Shown here: positions 9,646 through 19,100 of the stretch, in pieces
Numbering within the stretch: position 1 is the first letter of the stretch
Layout: every line of letters starts with the position of its first letter
Virus record (IMG/VR): IMGVR_UViG_3300021197_001137
Location: 1-61,953 of that record
Strand: one strand, 5' to 3'
DNA: 61,953 nucleotides
Source of the DNA: a virus
Taxonomy: Duplodnaviria > Caudoviricetes
Made by a program: the position numbers and the translations under genes
The notes under the pieces: model-generated
Database searches by the model: none
Seen by the model: the letters and a program-made list of their open reading frames with translations, nothing else
What the model was told of the DNA's origin: nothing

Positions 9646-9889
9646 GAACTTCGTAGTTTTTTAATAATGCTTCTTGAAGTTCCTCAGTAGTTGATTCTTT
9701 TAACTTTTGAAGATACAATACAGCATCCATTAATTCTTCTTGTAAATGATTAACCCATGCGAATATATTTGACTTATCGCCTTCAAGGGTTACTCCGTAC
9801 TTTGCAAAGCCCACATCCGATCTAGACACAAACTTATCTACAACACGTTCAACAACTGGGTCTCTAAATTCTATTTGTTTTTTACTCAT
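9626..9889 (-). CDS. Small all-alpha NTP-pyrophosphatase-like protein
   Basis: KYGVTL..W..HLQEELMDAVLY pattern. Confidence 0.5.
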   Translation of the reverse strand: MSKKQIEFRDPVVERVVDKFVSRSDVGFAKYGVTLEGDKSNIFAWVNHLQEELMDAVLYLQKLKESTTEELQEALLKNYEVHEEETL

Positions 9890-10659
9890 AGTGTTTCTTT
9901 TACTCCTGTTTTAACAAATGTTCCATTGTGCATTACGCCTGTTCTTCTAGCTATTACATTGTAAGCTGTATCAACACAGTCTTCTATTTTAATACCTTCT
10001 AATTCAGCTAAATTAGTTAACACAACAACCATATCGCCAATCGCATCTACAATTTCAGCTTTATTTTCGTTAAGTAACGCAGCAGCTAACTCTCCAGCTT
10101 CTTCCATAAGCTTTACATATTGAGTATGTGAATTACCTTTGGCATATATACCTTTATCTTTAGCCCAAAATCTTATAAGATCAAATCTATCTGGTATTAC
10201 GTTTGGATCATGTTTTGGATTAAAAAAGGCTTCATAAAAAGCCTTGTTATAAATGTAGCTTCGATTATTATTATACATCGAGGTTTTAGCATTCTGCATT
10301 ATCCAGGGTATATGTTCTTTTTGTAATTTAAACTTAAACTCTGGTGTTTCCCATTCTATTCCTAAGTTATCTACAAGGTTGCCCTTGAGTTTATTTAATG
10401 GCACGGGAAATGTACTTGTTTGTTCTGTTGGATTTATTTTCATATTTGATTTGAATAAATTTTTATAAAGTGTCCGATCTTTTTTATAGCCATAAGACTG
10501 TTGAAGTTCTATCTCTTTGTTAGATATTAAATTAATATCATCACTTGTAAATAAAACTTCGTATTCGCCTGGACCATAACCTTGTTGCTCCGTAACTCTT
10601 TTATTAAGATTACGTGTAACTCCAATTTTTTTACCAGGAATGTGATAAATTTTATACAT
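9886..10659 (-). CDS. MazG-like nucleotide pyrophosphohydrolase with GIY-YIG-like N-terminal domain
   Basis: C-terminal KLMEEAGELA..EIVDAIGD; N-terminal KIYH..KIGVT.NL.KR. Confidence 0.75.
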   Translation of the reverse strand: MYKIYHIPGKKIGVTRNLNKRVTEQQGYGPGEYEVLFTSDDINLISNKEIELQQSYGYKKDRTLYKNLFKSNMKINPTEQTSTFPVPLNKLKGNLVDNLGIEWETPEFKFKLQKEHIPWIMQNAKTSMYNNNRSYIYNKAFYEAFFNPKHDPNVIPDRFDLIRFWAKDKGIYAKGNSHTQYVKLMEEAGELAAALLNENKAEIVDAIGDMVVVLTNLAELEGIKIEDCVDTAYNVIARRTGVMHNGTFVKTGVKETL

Positions 10660-10667
10660 ATTTGTTT

Positions 10668-11516
10668 TTAGTTACCAACACTCAGCTCCGCTTTAATAGC
10701 AGGATAAGGATTGTATTTTAATAATTTTATTTCATCAGATTTAGGTATATATATTTCACCACCATACTGAGTGCACGAATATACACCTGGCGTTGTATAT
10801 ATGCCTTGGTCTAATTGTAATTTAGGTAGTACTCTTTTTGATCTGTCTAAATATACTTTAGCTTGTTCTAGATGATTATTATATAAATGACAATCACCAA
10901 GTTGACCAATTAATTTTCCAGCCTTTAACCCAGCACCTTTAGCTAGCATTTCTAATAATAAACCATACATCGCAATATCGTAAGGTAAACCTAAAAACAC
11001 ATCAGCTGAACGTTGTTGCCACATTAAATCAATAACTCCGTTATTAATATATACTTGAAAAGTATAATGGCATGGAGGCAAAACCATATCATTCATTTCA
11101 TGTGGAGCCCACGCGCTAACCATAAGACGTCTAGAATTTGGATTAGTACTTATGCTATACACAAGCTTTTCGAGCTGATCTACGCCGTTAAAATCACGCC
11201 ATTGTTTTCCATATACAGGGCCTAAAGTTTCATCAGTTCTGCCTGAACGTTCATAATCTGGTCGCCAATACTTAACTCCATTATCTTCTAAGTACTTAAG
11301 ATCAGTTCTGCCGTTTAATATCCAAAGCAATTCAGTTCTTGCAGCATTAAAGCTTATCTTCTTTCCTGTAAGTATAGGGAAGCCAAGTGACATATCATGC
11401 TTAACCGTTCTTCCGAAGACAGACTTCGTCCCAGTCCCTGTTCTGTCCGCCTTATTAAATCCTCCGTAGAGAATTCCTGCCATAAGTCCTCTATATTCAT
11501 TTTCTATATTTATCAT
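10668..11516 (-). CDS. thyA: Thymidylate synthase
   Basis: DRTGTGT, ELLW, LGPVYGKQWR, LPPCH, QRSADVFLGLPYD, DCHLY motifs. Confidence 0.96.
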   Translation of the reverse strand: MINIENEYRGLMAGILYGGFNKADRTGTGTKSVFGRTVKHDMSLGFPILTGKKISFNAARTELLWILNGRTDLKYLEDNGVKYWRPDYERSGRTDETLGPVYGKQWRDFNGVDQLEKLVYSISTNPNSRRLMVSAWAPHEMNDMVLPPCHYTFQVYINNGVIDLMWQQRSADVFLGLPYDIAMYGLLLEMLAKGAGLKAGKLIGQLGDCHLYNNHLEQAKVYLDRSKRVLPKLQLDQGIYTTPGVYSCTQYGGEIYIPKSDEIKLLKYNPYPAIKAELSVGN

Positions 11517-11772
11517 AATAATATTTACACATTTTATAGTATTCCGGCCAAATTGTTTTTCTACAATACTTGCTGGGCGACAAGTTAGGCTTTTCCCATT
11601 TTTTGTATGCTCCTAAACTAATAGCTATATGCCAGTGATCAGAATCTCCTTGTATTCCATATGGTGATATTCTTATATTATTATTTACACAATATTTATA
11701 CCACTTAAATTCTTCATCTGAATAAGTGTAAAGCGGCATAGGTTTTGTGCGTTTTCCATATATACTAGGCAT
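11497..11772 (-). CDS. Hypothetical protein
   Basis: ORF track; abuts neighbours. Confidence 0.7.
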   Translation of the reverse strand: MPSIYGKRTKPMPLYTYSDEEFKWYKYCVNNNIRISPYGIQGDSDHWHIAISLGAYKKWEKPNLSPSKYCRKTIWPEYYKMCKYYYDKYRK

Positions 11773-13503
11773 CTATTCCCATGGCATTTTTTCACCAGCT
11801 AAATTAATTTGCTCGTGAGGTATAAAACAACCTGACTTTGGTTCCCATTTAAAATGAGCTTCAGCACCATTCTCTCCTAAGTTTTGAAACTTAATCTTTA
11901 ACACTTTGGCTTTTACGGTCTTTTGTTCGTAATCTCTATGAACTAATATACCGTGATAAGAAGCATCATACCATTCACCACCGCCTTTGATGTTATACAT
12001 AGTTGGTTCGTCAATCTTTCCAGTGGATTGATTTTTATACATCTTAGTAGGGTGGGCAACAATAAACACCAATACATCATACTTCTTAGCAAACATTTCT
12101 ATCTTGCTTAGGTATTCCATGGTGTACCTATTAACATCTTCAGTCTTACAGTCTATGTCCCTTACTTTATTAAATGGGTCTATAACTAAACATTTAATAC
12201 CTTTACGTTTAACTAGCTCAGCACCTTTTTTAAGTACTGATTCTAAAGTATAACGTTCCATATCGATGTGAAAGTAATTGCTATTGCAATGATCCGCTAT
12301 TTGATTCCATTTATCACCTCCAATATCATTCCTAGTTGGCATGCCTTGCCAAGTTTTACGCATTAACTTATGAGCATGTAAATATGTTGGTACGTTCTCT
12401 GGAGATGCGAAAGCTGTTTTCCAACCATAGTTCGCATTATATCCGACAACCATCTGATCCACGAAATCCGACTTGCCCGAAGAGGGTATGCCAGTAACAG
12501 TAATAAACTGACCAGTGTACGTCGAAAATATATTATCAAAGTTTTCCAAACCAATTTGAAAGCCAGGCTTGAAACCATTACGAACAAAGTCCGTGACTTC
12601 ATCTTCGATATCCCTGAACGTTGTAACATTCTCCAGTGGTACTGGCTTTGATCTTGAAATACGCTCTGATAGTTTTTCTTTTCCATACTTTAATAAATAT
12701 TCGTTAGCATCCTTACAGTCATCAAATGTAGCTATATAACATACTTCTGATCCTAGCCTACGTATTAGCTCAGTTTGTAACGCCTGTCCAGCTTCGTCTG
12801 AATCTACGGCTAAAATAACCTTTTCCTTGTCTTCGAAATAATCTATACAATTGTCTAAATAATCTAAATTGTTAGTATTAAGTGTTGCCCCATTAGGAAC
12901 AGATATAGCGTTAGTAATACCTGCCTCATGTAAAGCTAACACATCCATTTCGCCTTCAACTATAACACAATATTCATAGCCTACTATGCTGTCTATATTA
13001 TAGAATACTTTCTCAGCACCCTTATATAATTTAAAGTTCTTTCTTCCATCTCGGTATTTAACATTTGTTAATTCGCCGCCCATAAAATAATTGAACTTTA
13101 TTACATTCTCGGTTTTACCGGTCTGAGGCATATATTCAGGACCCTCTCCAATCTTTAGATCGAAGAGAGTTCCCTGAGATATACCACGAGTTTTAAACCA
13201 CTCAATTACTTGATCGCGTATAGCAAATGACTTATCAGGATATTCTGGATCGGGCTGTTCAGGTTTAACATATACCTTTTCAGCTTTACCTTTACGTTGA
13301 TAAGAATGTAATTGAAATGATGTATTACAATTATGACAAGTACCGAGACCCCGTTCCCAATCATAAGACGCACACTTTGCCTTTTGATTCTTGGGTTTTC
13401 TATCGTGAGAACAGTTGGGACATATACCCTGCTTCTTTCCCTCTTCAAGCTTATGTATATTGAATTCATCAATAACAAATCCATTGATCTCTAATGTCTG
13501 CAT
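11773..13503 (-). CDS. T7 gp4/Twinkle-like DNA primase-helicase
   Basis: Zn ribbon CPNC..CHNC; TOPRIM EGEMD and DSD; Walker A GIPSSGKS; LVIDPFN, VAHP. Confidence 0.93.
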   Translation of the reverse strand: MQTLEINGFVIDEFNIHKLEEGKKQGICPNCSHDRKPKNQKAKCASYDWERGLGTCHNCNTSFQLHSYQRKGKAEKVYVKPEQPDPEYPDKSFAIRDQVIEWFKTRGISQGTLFDLKIGEGPEYMPQTGKTENVIKFNYFMGGELTNVKYRDGRKNFKLYKGAEKVFYNIDSIVGYEYCVIVEGEMDVLALHEAGITNAISVPNGATLNTNNLDYLDNCIDYFEDKEKVILAVDSDEAGQALQTELIRRLGSEVCYIATFDDCKDANEYLLKYGKEKLSERISRSKPVPLENVTTFRDIEDEVTDFVRNGFKPGFQIGLENFDNIFSTYTGQFITVTGIPSSGKSDFVDQMVVGYNANYGWKTAFASPENVPTYLHAHKLMRKTWQGMPTRNDIGGDKWNQIADHCNSNYFHIDMERYTLESVLKKGAELVKRKGIKCLVIDPFNKVRDIDCKTEDVNRYTMEYLSKIEMFAKKYDVLVFIVAHPTKMYKNQSTGKIDEPTMYNIKGGGEWYDASYHGILVHRDYEQKTVKAKVLKIKFQNLGENGAEAHFKWEPKSGCFIPHEQINLAGEKMPWE

Positions 13504-13520
13504 TTAATTTAATTTAATTG

Positions 13521-13631
13521 TTAATCCCCGTCTCTGCATTCTGGGCATATATCGCAAAAATCTATTTCTTCTTGCGACATACCAGCGTGACACATTTGAC
13601 ACGCTAGTTCGCCGTTGTTTTTATAGTGCAT
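13521..13631 (-). CDS. Small zinc-finger protein (36 aa)
   Basis: Hand translation MHYKNNGELACQMCHAGMSQEEIDFCDICPECRDGD; its ATG overlaps the SSB stop. Confidence 0.55.
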   Translation of the reverse strand: MHYKNNGELACQMCHAGMSQEEIDFCDICPECRDGD

Positions 13632-13939
13632 TAAAACGGTAGATCATCTGCAGGCGCAGGAGCCGGAGCTGCCTGAGCTGGTTGGTCTTGCCTTGGAGCA
13701 GCAGCAACATTGTCACCGTTAGTCCATACTACTTGAACGTTTCCTAAATAAGTCTTGCCTTGTTTAGCTTCTCGCTCTTCCTTTGTTTGTGCTACAACAA
13801 TCGGACCTTGATTTCCAAATTGATCTACTTCATCATTGATAGTAATAGTCACAGGTAAATACTTACCTTTCTTTCCAATAATGATTTTGTCTTTTGGTAT
13901 CTCGTTCAGATTGATACTCGCTTTAATAATACTTGCCAT
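13631..13939 (-). CDS. Single-stranded DNA-binding protein
   Basis: Small beta-rich protein with Pro/Ala linker and acidic DDLPF tail, next to ERF and helicase. Confidence 0.75.
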   Translation of the reverse strand: MASIIKASINLNEIPKDKIIIGKKGKYLPVTITINDEVDQFGNQGPIVVAQTKEEREAKQGKTYLGNVQVVWTNGDNVAAAPRQDQPAQAAPAPAPADDLPF

Positions 13940-13941
13940 TT

Positions 13942-14118
13942 TTAATATTGATTTACTTGATTAAACATTCTTTGCAACTGTTTCTTTGTTGCGCCGCTAT
14001 TCCGCCTTAAGTTGTCTACGGCTTTTACATGGTTTTGATTGGTGTAAAAATTTGTAACATCGGTTTCAACTCCCGTTACTGTACATACTTTTGTTTGGTT
14101 TCTTCTGGTTCTTCCCAT
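13942..14118 (-). CDS. Hypothetical protein (58 aa)
   Basis: Hand translation MGRTRRNQTKVCTVTGVETDVTNFY...; fills the operon gap. Confidence 0.6.
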   Translation of the reverse strand: MGRTRRNQTKVCTVTGVETDVTNFYTNQNHVKAVDNLRRNSGATKKQLQRMFNQVNQY

Positions 14119-14121
14119 AAT

Positions 14122-14853
14122 TTAAAGGGTTTTGTTAATAAAATAATTGTTTGGATTAAAATCCGGGTTTTGGTAAAACAATTTATATTGTTCTGCCGCT
14201 TGTTGAACTTTGTCTGCGCCTCTTTCATAAAATTCAGGAGAGCAATCAAATATTCCTATTTGGTGTGTTGTTTTATCCATTACTATGAATAACATCTCAT
14301 AACCAAATAATTTACTATAAATATAAGCTTGAGAATCATAATTGTAACGGTAAGCTGAGCTTCTGAATCTTGTAATATCTCCGGTGGTTTTCAAATCAAT
14401 GATTAAACCTTCTTCATGATTTACAATATCCGCTTTACCTTTCCATTTCAATCCTTCTAATTCTGTAATCGCAGGCTGTTCATAATCTACTTTAGATCCT
14501 CTTATTAATCCTCTACAGATATCGTTTTCCATTAACTTATCTGTCATTAGATCAATTTGATCAACCTCTTTTTGTAGAAGACATAGCTCTCCGCCTGAGA
14601 TCTCTTTATACGCTTTGGTATTTCTAGTTGAACTTTCTACTATCTTGTACTTCTTTAACTTGTCTGGTTCAAGAATAGCAGTATGAAAGTAACCGCCAAC
14701 TAAAAAAGCTGCTGATGGTTTCATAGGTGTACCTAACGCTAAAGGGTTTGTCATTAAGGTTGATATGTCACTATTAGATAAGTATTGTTTCCCAAACTTA
14801 CCATAATAGTTTTCATCTTTCCTTAATTTTTCAATAGCTACTTTGTCGTCCAT
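14122..14853 (-). CDS. RecE/exonuclease VIII-like PD-(D/E)XK exonuclease
   Basis: LSNSDI, G..FHTAILEP, KGKAD, IIDLKTT, Y..QAYIY motifs. Confidence 0.85.
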   Translation of the reverse strand: MDDKVAIEKLRKDENYYGKFGKQYLSNSDISTLMTNPLALGTPMKPSAAFLVGGYFHTAILEPDKLKKYKIVESSTRNTKAYKEISGGELCLLQKEVDQIDLMTDKLMENDICRGLIRGSKVDYEQPAITELEGLKWKGKADIVNHEEGLIIDLKTTGDITRFRSSAYRYNYDSQAYIYSKLFGYEMLFIVMDKTTHQIGIFDCSPEFYERGADKVQQAAEQYKLFYQNPDFNPNNYFINKTL

Positions 14854-15402
14854 TTATAGTGTTTTTAATTCTGCCTCTATCTCTTTAGATAAAGAATACT
14901 TAGCTTTTATAGCTTCAATTTTACCACCTGCTTTTACATAGTCGATCGCTTTACTATATGCTGGATCTTTTTTAGAGGTTAAGGTTTCTTTGTTTTTAGC
15001 TGCGGAAGCTCGTCCGTGTGAATTTGTAGCATCGCTGTCTGCTGTGTCGTCAATTAAAAATAAATTACCGAGCGCATACTTCTTGCCGTAACTAGAGGCA
15101 CTGCCAAACTTTTGAGGCATTTGCATACCTTTTTGGTTTAAATCAATACCTACAATAGCATTAGCGTGTATAGCATTATCGCCATCACTAATCGTTGCTT
15201 GTGAATTCATTATTGGAAATGGATCAAAACTGATAATTTCTTCATTGATTGTTACACTAACTCCTAACTCTAATAGATAGGGCTTTGTTGCTTCTAGGAT
15301 GTCTTCGGCTGATCTGAAGTTGTATTTGCCGAAGGAGTTAAATCTGGATTTTTTAGATTTAAACTTTGTCTGGATCGTTGCCAGTTTTTCATTTAAGGTC
15401 AT
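14854..15402 (-). CDS. ERF-family single-strand annealing recombinase
   Basis: NSFGKYNFRSAEDIL, GSASSYGKKYAL..LF.IDD..DSD. Confidence 0.88.
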   Translation of the reverse strand: MTLNEKLATIQTKFKSKKSRFNSFGKYNFRSAEDILEATKPYLLELGVSVTINEEIISFDPFPIMNSQATISDGDNAIHANAIVGIDLNQKGMQMPQKFGSASSYGKKYALGNLFLIDDTADSDATNSHGRASAAKNKETLTSKKDPAYSKAIDYVKAGGKIEAIKAKYSLSKEIEAELKTL

Positions 15403-15429
15403 ATGGTTTGTGGTTTTCTTATTTATATA

Positions 15430-15436
15430 ATTACGT
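15430..15436 (-). promoter_or_regulatory. Candidate middle/late promoter element ACGTAAT upstream of the replication operon
   Basis: The same motif precedes operon starts at 24731, 31159, 38142 and 57619 on the + strand. Confidence 0.45.
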
Positions 15437-15463
15437 ATTTTTTCTATTTGTTAAGCACTTAAA

Positions 15464-16216
15464 CTAAAGATAATCAATCACTTGAGTTGCGTCAACGTTA
15501 GCGATAAGACAGTCAATAGCTTCTTTTTTAATTTGAGAAACTATCACTGTTGCAGTAGGAACTTTTAAATTTATATAGTCTGCTATTTCTTTAGCCGAAT
15601 GTTTATCACAATCTAATCCGTAAAATAATCTAACAACATCATATTGCTTTTGGGTTAGGTGTTCTTTCATTAAGCTAAGTAAATATGCATTAAGTATATT
15701 TATATTATAGGGTTCTGAATTATCTGCAAGCTGGTAGGCCATGTGTTCATCATCATTGTCGGTAGGGACATCGTAGCTTGTGAATATACTATTAAAGAAT
15801 AGCGAAACCATTTTATCATCATCCGGGTTTTTTCTAATCTCTTGTAGCTTGTGTTCAGGTATTTTAATATCACCTCGATTAATATCTATTGCGCGTCTTA
15901 TTGATCCTTTAATTCTTTTACTAAAGAAACTTTTTAAAGTTTTTTCAATATCTTCAGAATCAATTAATAGATCCCAATCTAATTTGTCTACCGCCATTAT
16001 TAAACCTTTGTTTCCTTCTTGTATTAAATCGTTAATACTTAAAACGCCGGAAGCTTGTTGTGAGGTTGAAAATTTACGAGCTAAGTTTTCTACTAATGGC
16101 ATAAACTTAATTATCATTTCATCTCTAGTATAATAGTCGTAAAACTTTTCAGGAGGCATAGAAGCTTTTAAATCTTCTTTATATCTTATATAGTTTTGTA
16201 TGTTATATTTTTTCAT
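15464..16216 (-). CDS. Phage sigma70-family RNA polymerase sigma factor
   Basis: PLVENLARKF, DLIQEGNKGLIMAVDK, RIKGSIRRAI (region 2); LTQKQYDVVRLFYGL..SAKEIA (region 4). Confidence 0.9.
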   Translation of the reverse strand: MKKYNIQNYIRYKEDLKASMPPEKFYDYYTRDEMIIKFMPLVENLARKFSTSQQASGVLSINDLIQEGNKGLIMAVDKLDWDLLIDSEDIEKTLKSFFSKRIKGSIRRAIDINRGDIKIPEHKLQEIRKNPDDDKMVSLFFNSIFTSYDVPTDNDDEHMAYQLADNSEPYNINILNAYLLSLMKEHLTQKQYDVVRLFYGLDCDKHSAKEIADYINLKVPTATVIVSQIKKEAIDCLIANVDATQVIDYL

Positions 16217-16220
16217 CTTT

Positions 16221-16256
16221 TATATTATCGAAACAAGATCGTTTTTAGTTTGCAAA
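16221..16256 (-). promoter_or_regulatory. Early promoter repeat 1 (TTTGCAAAC-N6-CG-N10-GATAATATA)
   Basis: Matches consensus; 4 nt upstream of the sigma ATG. Confidence 0.75.
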
Positions 16257-16880
16257 CGGATTAACTTGTTGATTAAGTAATTCTTTTTCTTTTTTAAGTT
16301 CGTTACTCATATTTCTATATATGGTTCTAGTTGAACAACCTAAAGTATCTGCTAATTTAGCAACAGTTATTTTAATTTCATTGTCGTTTATTAATAGCAT
16401 TGCATCGTATATTTCATTTTCAGTAATGCCTTTACGACCGACTAACTTGCCAACTATAGAAAGCTTTTGTCGCATATCTAAACCGGTAAAGTCTTTAAAT
16501 ATAACTTTGCGCAGTTTATTAGGTGGTGGTTTTTCTAAATCCATAAGAGATACATCGTACACCATACTTTGTAGCAATTGATCTGATACTTTAAATGTTA
16601 CAAATCCTGTTCGCTTATCACATATGTATTTAGCTAACGCATTAAAGCCTTCTTGATCCAACTGAGGATTAAGATACCATAATACATACAAATGCCATTT
16701 AAGGCTCCTATATGTATTTATTTTGGCTCGTGAGTTGAACAGTGTATAGCATTGGTGCGTGCCGTCTTCGTAGTGCCATCCCCAATCAAATGTTTGTGTT
16801 GGTCTATCGGTTATAGGGTTTCGCCTGTATATTATACGATGCCTCTCTAGGTATTTGGTATTTCGGTCGTATTGTGACAT
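16245..16880 (-). CDS. DNA-binding protein with C-terminal HTH, possible replication initiator
   Basis: ITVAKLADTLGCSTRTIYRNM helix-turn-helix; a palindromic site overlaps its start codon. Confidence 0.65.
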   Translation of the reverse strand: MSQYDRNTKYLERHRIIYRRNPITDRPTQTFDWGWHYEDGTHQCYTLFNSRAKINTYRSLKWHLYVLWYLNPQLDQEGFNALAKYICDKRTGFVTFKVSDQLLQSMVYDVSLMDLEKPPPNKLRKVIFKDFTGLDMRQKLSIVGKLVGRKGITENEIYDAMLLINDNEIKITVAKLADTLGCSTRTIYRNMSNELKKEKELLNQQVNPFAN

Positions 16881-16919
16881 TAGGTTGTTACTATTAATTA
16901 TATATTATCTATCGTCGCA
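16873..16919. promoter_or_regulatory. 47-bp imperfect palindrome, copy A
   Basis: TGTGACATTAGGTTGTTA-AT core-TATCTATCGTCGCA; homologous to 22949 and 24666. Confidence 0.65.
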
Positions 16920-17141
16920 TTAGTAGATTAAAATCTTTAATCTTCTGTTGTACTTTCTTAAAAGCTTTGCTTTATTTTCTATGTTGCCATGCAAAACAGT
17001 TATGTTTTTATTAAAACTATATTCTCCTTTGAATGAAGCAGATACTATCTCATTATGAAGTAGTAGTATTCTGTTTTCTAGAAACCTTACGTGCTTTACT
17101 TTTCTTCTGTTCTTTTTGTATCTTCGTATTAATGTTTGCAT
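16920..17141 (-). CDS. Hypothetical basic protein
   Basis: ORF track. Confidence 0.6.
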   Translation of the reverse strand: MQTLIRRYKKNRRKVKHVRFLENRILLLHNEIVSASFKGEYSFNKNITVLHGNIENKAKLLRKYNRRLKILIY

Positions 17142-17623
17142 AATTCGTTGATGTTATGTGGTCGTATAATTTTTTGCTCATCTTTATTTTTTACTGTGTG
17201 TTTTTCGTTTTCGTAATAATTCCAATATCCCAACACGCTGTTGCCCGATACTTTGTATTGATCAGGCATACATTGTGGTGGTTGCTTAAATTCATCATTA
17301 GGTATATTGTTAGGCAATGTGTATAGCAAATCACGGCACTTAGTTATTGTTAAGTGATGTTTGCCATACCGCTTAGTATATTCTTGACCCAAAGCCAGCA
17401 TGTGCTCATAAGCCCACATATACGCTTCAGCCGAGGATCTTACCCATATAGCTGAAGGGTGGTTTTTATGTGTAGCTTTGTACGGTATATCAATGTTGGA
17501 ACCAAGCTCGTGATGTGCCGTACATAATAATTGTGCGGTTTCAAGAATCATTTTAACAACGTGCTTGTTGTATTGATATTGTGCTGCTTTCTTAGGGTCG
17601 TGAGACAAATAAAAGATATTCAT
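17129..17623 (-). CDS. Pyrimidine-dimer DNA glycosylase (DenV/Pyr_excise)-like protein
   Basis: MNIFYL..HVVKMILETAQLL, YKATHKNHPS, EYTKRYGKHH, PQCMPD family signature. Confidence 0.7.
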   Translation of the reverse strand: MNIFYLSHDPKKAAQYQYNKHVVKMILETAQLLCTAHHELGSNIDIPYKATHKNHPSAIWVRSSAEAYMWAYEHMLALGQEYTKRYGKHHLTITKCRDLLYTLPNNIPNDEFKQPPQCMPDQYKVSGNSVLGYWNYYENEKHTVKNKDEQKIIRPHNINELCKH

Positions 17624-17624
17624 A

Positions 17625-17915
17625 TTAAAGTCTTTTAAGTTTATTTTCTAGTATTTTTAATTTGTTATGTATTATAGCTGCTTTTTCGTATTGTTCATTT
17701 TCTTCGTAAGATGACAATAGGGTCATAAGTCTAGCTATCTCAGCGAGTATTAACTCTTCTTCATTAACTAATCTAGCATTACCAAAACCGTCTTGTGTTA
17801 GTTCATTAAGATCTGTTGTAAACTGTTGATCCCATTCTTTTTGCTTTTCTATAAGCCCTTCTAACACTAATTCAGCAACGCGATTAGCTAATTTTTCTAG
17901 TTCTTCTTCGTTCAT
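17625..17915 (-). CDS. Acidic protein with C-terminal UVR (UvrB/UvrC) coiled-coil-like motif
   Basis: EENEQYEKAAIIHNKLK. Confidence 0.55.
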   Translation of the reverse strand: MNEEELEKLANRVAELVLEGLIEKQKEWDQQFTTDLNELTQDGFGNARLVNEEELILAEIARLMTLLSSYEENEQYEKAAIIHNKLKILENKLKRL

Positions 17916-18142
17916 TAATTTAATTTAGTATAAGTAAATTTACCTAATATAAATTGATTTAAAAATTTACCTTTAGAACCAGATTCAAATAAACCTCGCC
18001 AAAAGAATAGAGGTATACTAGAATATTTGTATATACCATCGTTGGTAAAATAAACTATCATTTCATTTTTGTTTAAATTGTACTCAGCACTACTTATAGC
18101 GGTTGAGTCGTCAATCATAAGTGTTTCAATTGTGTTTGCCAT
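17915..18142 (-). CDS. KTSC-domain protein
   Basis: STAISSAEY..MIVYF..GIYKY..IP...SGSKGKFLN pattern. Confidence 0.8.
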   Translation of the reverse strand: MANTIETLMIDDSTAISSAEYNLNKNEMIVYFTNDGIYKYSSIPLFFWRGLFESGSKGKFLNQFILGKFTYTKLN

Positions 18143-18156
18143 ATTTATTTATTTAT

Positions 18157-18192
18157 TATATTATCTATTATTATTCGTATTATGTTTGCAAA
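18157..18192 (-). promoter_or_regulatory. Early promoter repeat 2
   Basis: Consensus match upstream of ATG 18142. Confidence 0.75.
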
Positions 18193-18798
18193 TTAATGGA
18201 ATACTAATCCCACTTTGTTAGTTCTATTAAACCATCTTGTGGCGTAGAGGTCAACAGATGAAGCATCAGTATAGCCAGCAGATACAAGATCGCTATGACT
18301 AGAAAAGATTTTGGTATGTCTGTGTTTTCTTTCATTTATTAAATGTTTTTGTTTACCTGAGTCACTAAATATGATATCGTAATTATCTGGTAATGAAGAC
18401 TTTAGAATCATATCGATCATATTGGTATAACTGTAAAACCGCACGTCCGGATTGTGTATAGCAATCTCTATCCACTTTTTTAGATATGCGCGAGAGTAGT
18501 AATCGCCACTATCATGGACTCTGACGTAATCAGGTTTCTTCTTACGTATTTCAGCGTTCATAGCTTCGACAAAGTTGTCAGTCTTTGTTAACTGATAACG
18601 CTTTTCAAACGCCGGTTTTACATTAGACCAGATGTAGGCTCCTTTCTTGGCATAACAGAATTTAACGCAACTGTCAGCCATGGGGCACGTCAGTTTCCCG
18701 CTAGCAGATTTGTAGGCAGGAATACCGAAGTTAAAAACCCGAAGCCCGAGTTCTTTAGATGTCTTTTTTAATTTAGAGTTTTGAGTAAGTAAATTCAT
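18193..18798 (-). CDS. GP88-like protein (CxxxxxCxxxCYA, radical-SAM-related)
   Basis: NSKLKKTS, TCPMADSCVKFCYA, VRVHDSGDYYS, FYSYT. Confidence 0.7.
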   Translation of the reverse strand: MNLLTQNSKLKKTSKELGLRVFNFGIPAYKSASGKLTCPMADSCVKFCYAKKGAYIWSNVKPAFEKRYQLTKTDNFVEAMNAEIRKKKPDYVRVHDSGDYYSRAYLKKWIEIAIHNPDVRFYSYTNMIDMILKSSLPDNYDIIFSDSGKQKHLINERKHRHTKIFSSHSDLVSAGYTDASSVDLYATRWFNRTNKVGLVFH

Positions 18799-18800
18799 AA

Positions 18801-19100
18801 TTAATCTAATAATACCATATAAGCTTCTGAGTTGTTCGATCTAAACCAACTAAGTGCTTTATGAAATTCACTAATTTGTTTTCTTGTTACGGTTTTAGGT
18901 GCAACCTCCATGACATACTGAGTACCCATTATAAAATCGTACATAGATAACTCGACGTTATTTAGTGTATAGCATTCGCCACTGAAAACGTTTTGTACTT
19001 CATCGCCTTTGTCGTATATTATACCTTTAAACCATGCAGGTAACTTTGTTTTATTCTTCGTCATTGTCTTGTACTTTAAATACTGATTCAACATAGTCAC
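18801..19100 (-). CDS. Hypothetical early protein (true start may be the internal MTKNK)
   Basis: ORF track; ends WFRSNNSEAYMVLLD. Confidence 0.65.
   Translation of the reverse strand: MTMLNQYLKYKTMTKNKTKLPAWFKGIIYDKGDEVQNVFSGECYTLNNVELSMYDFIMGTQYVMEVAPKTVTRKQISEFHKALSWFRSNNSEAYMVLLD

Noticed and set aside
16902-16920. Eleventh early promoter (TATATTATC)
   Set aside because: It lacks the TTTGCAAA half at the fixed spacing and belongs to palindrome A.
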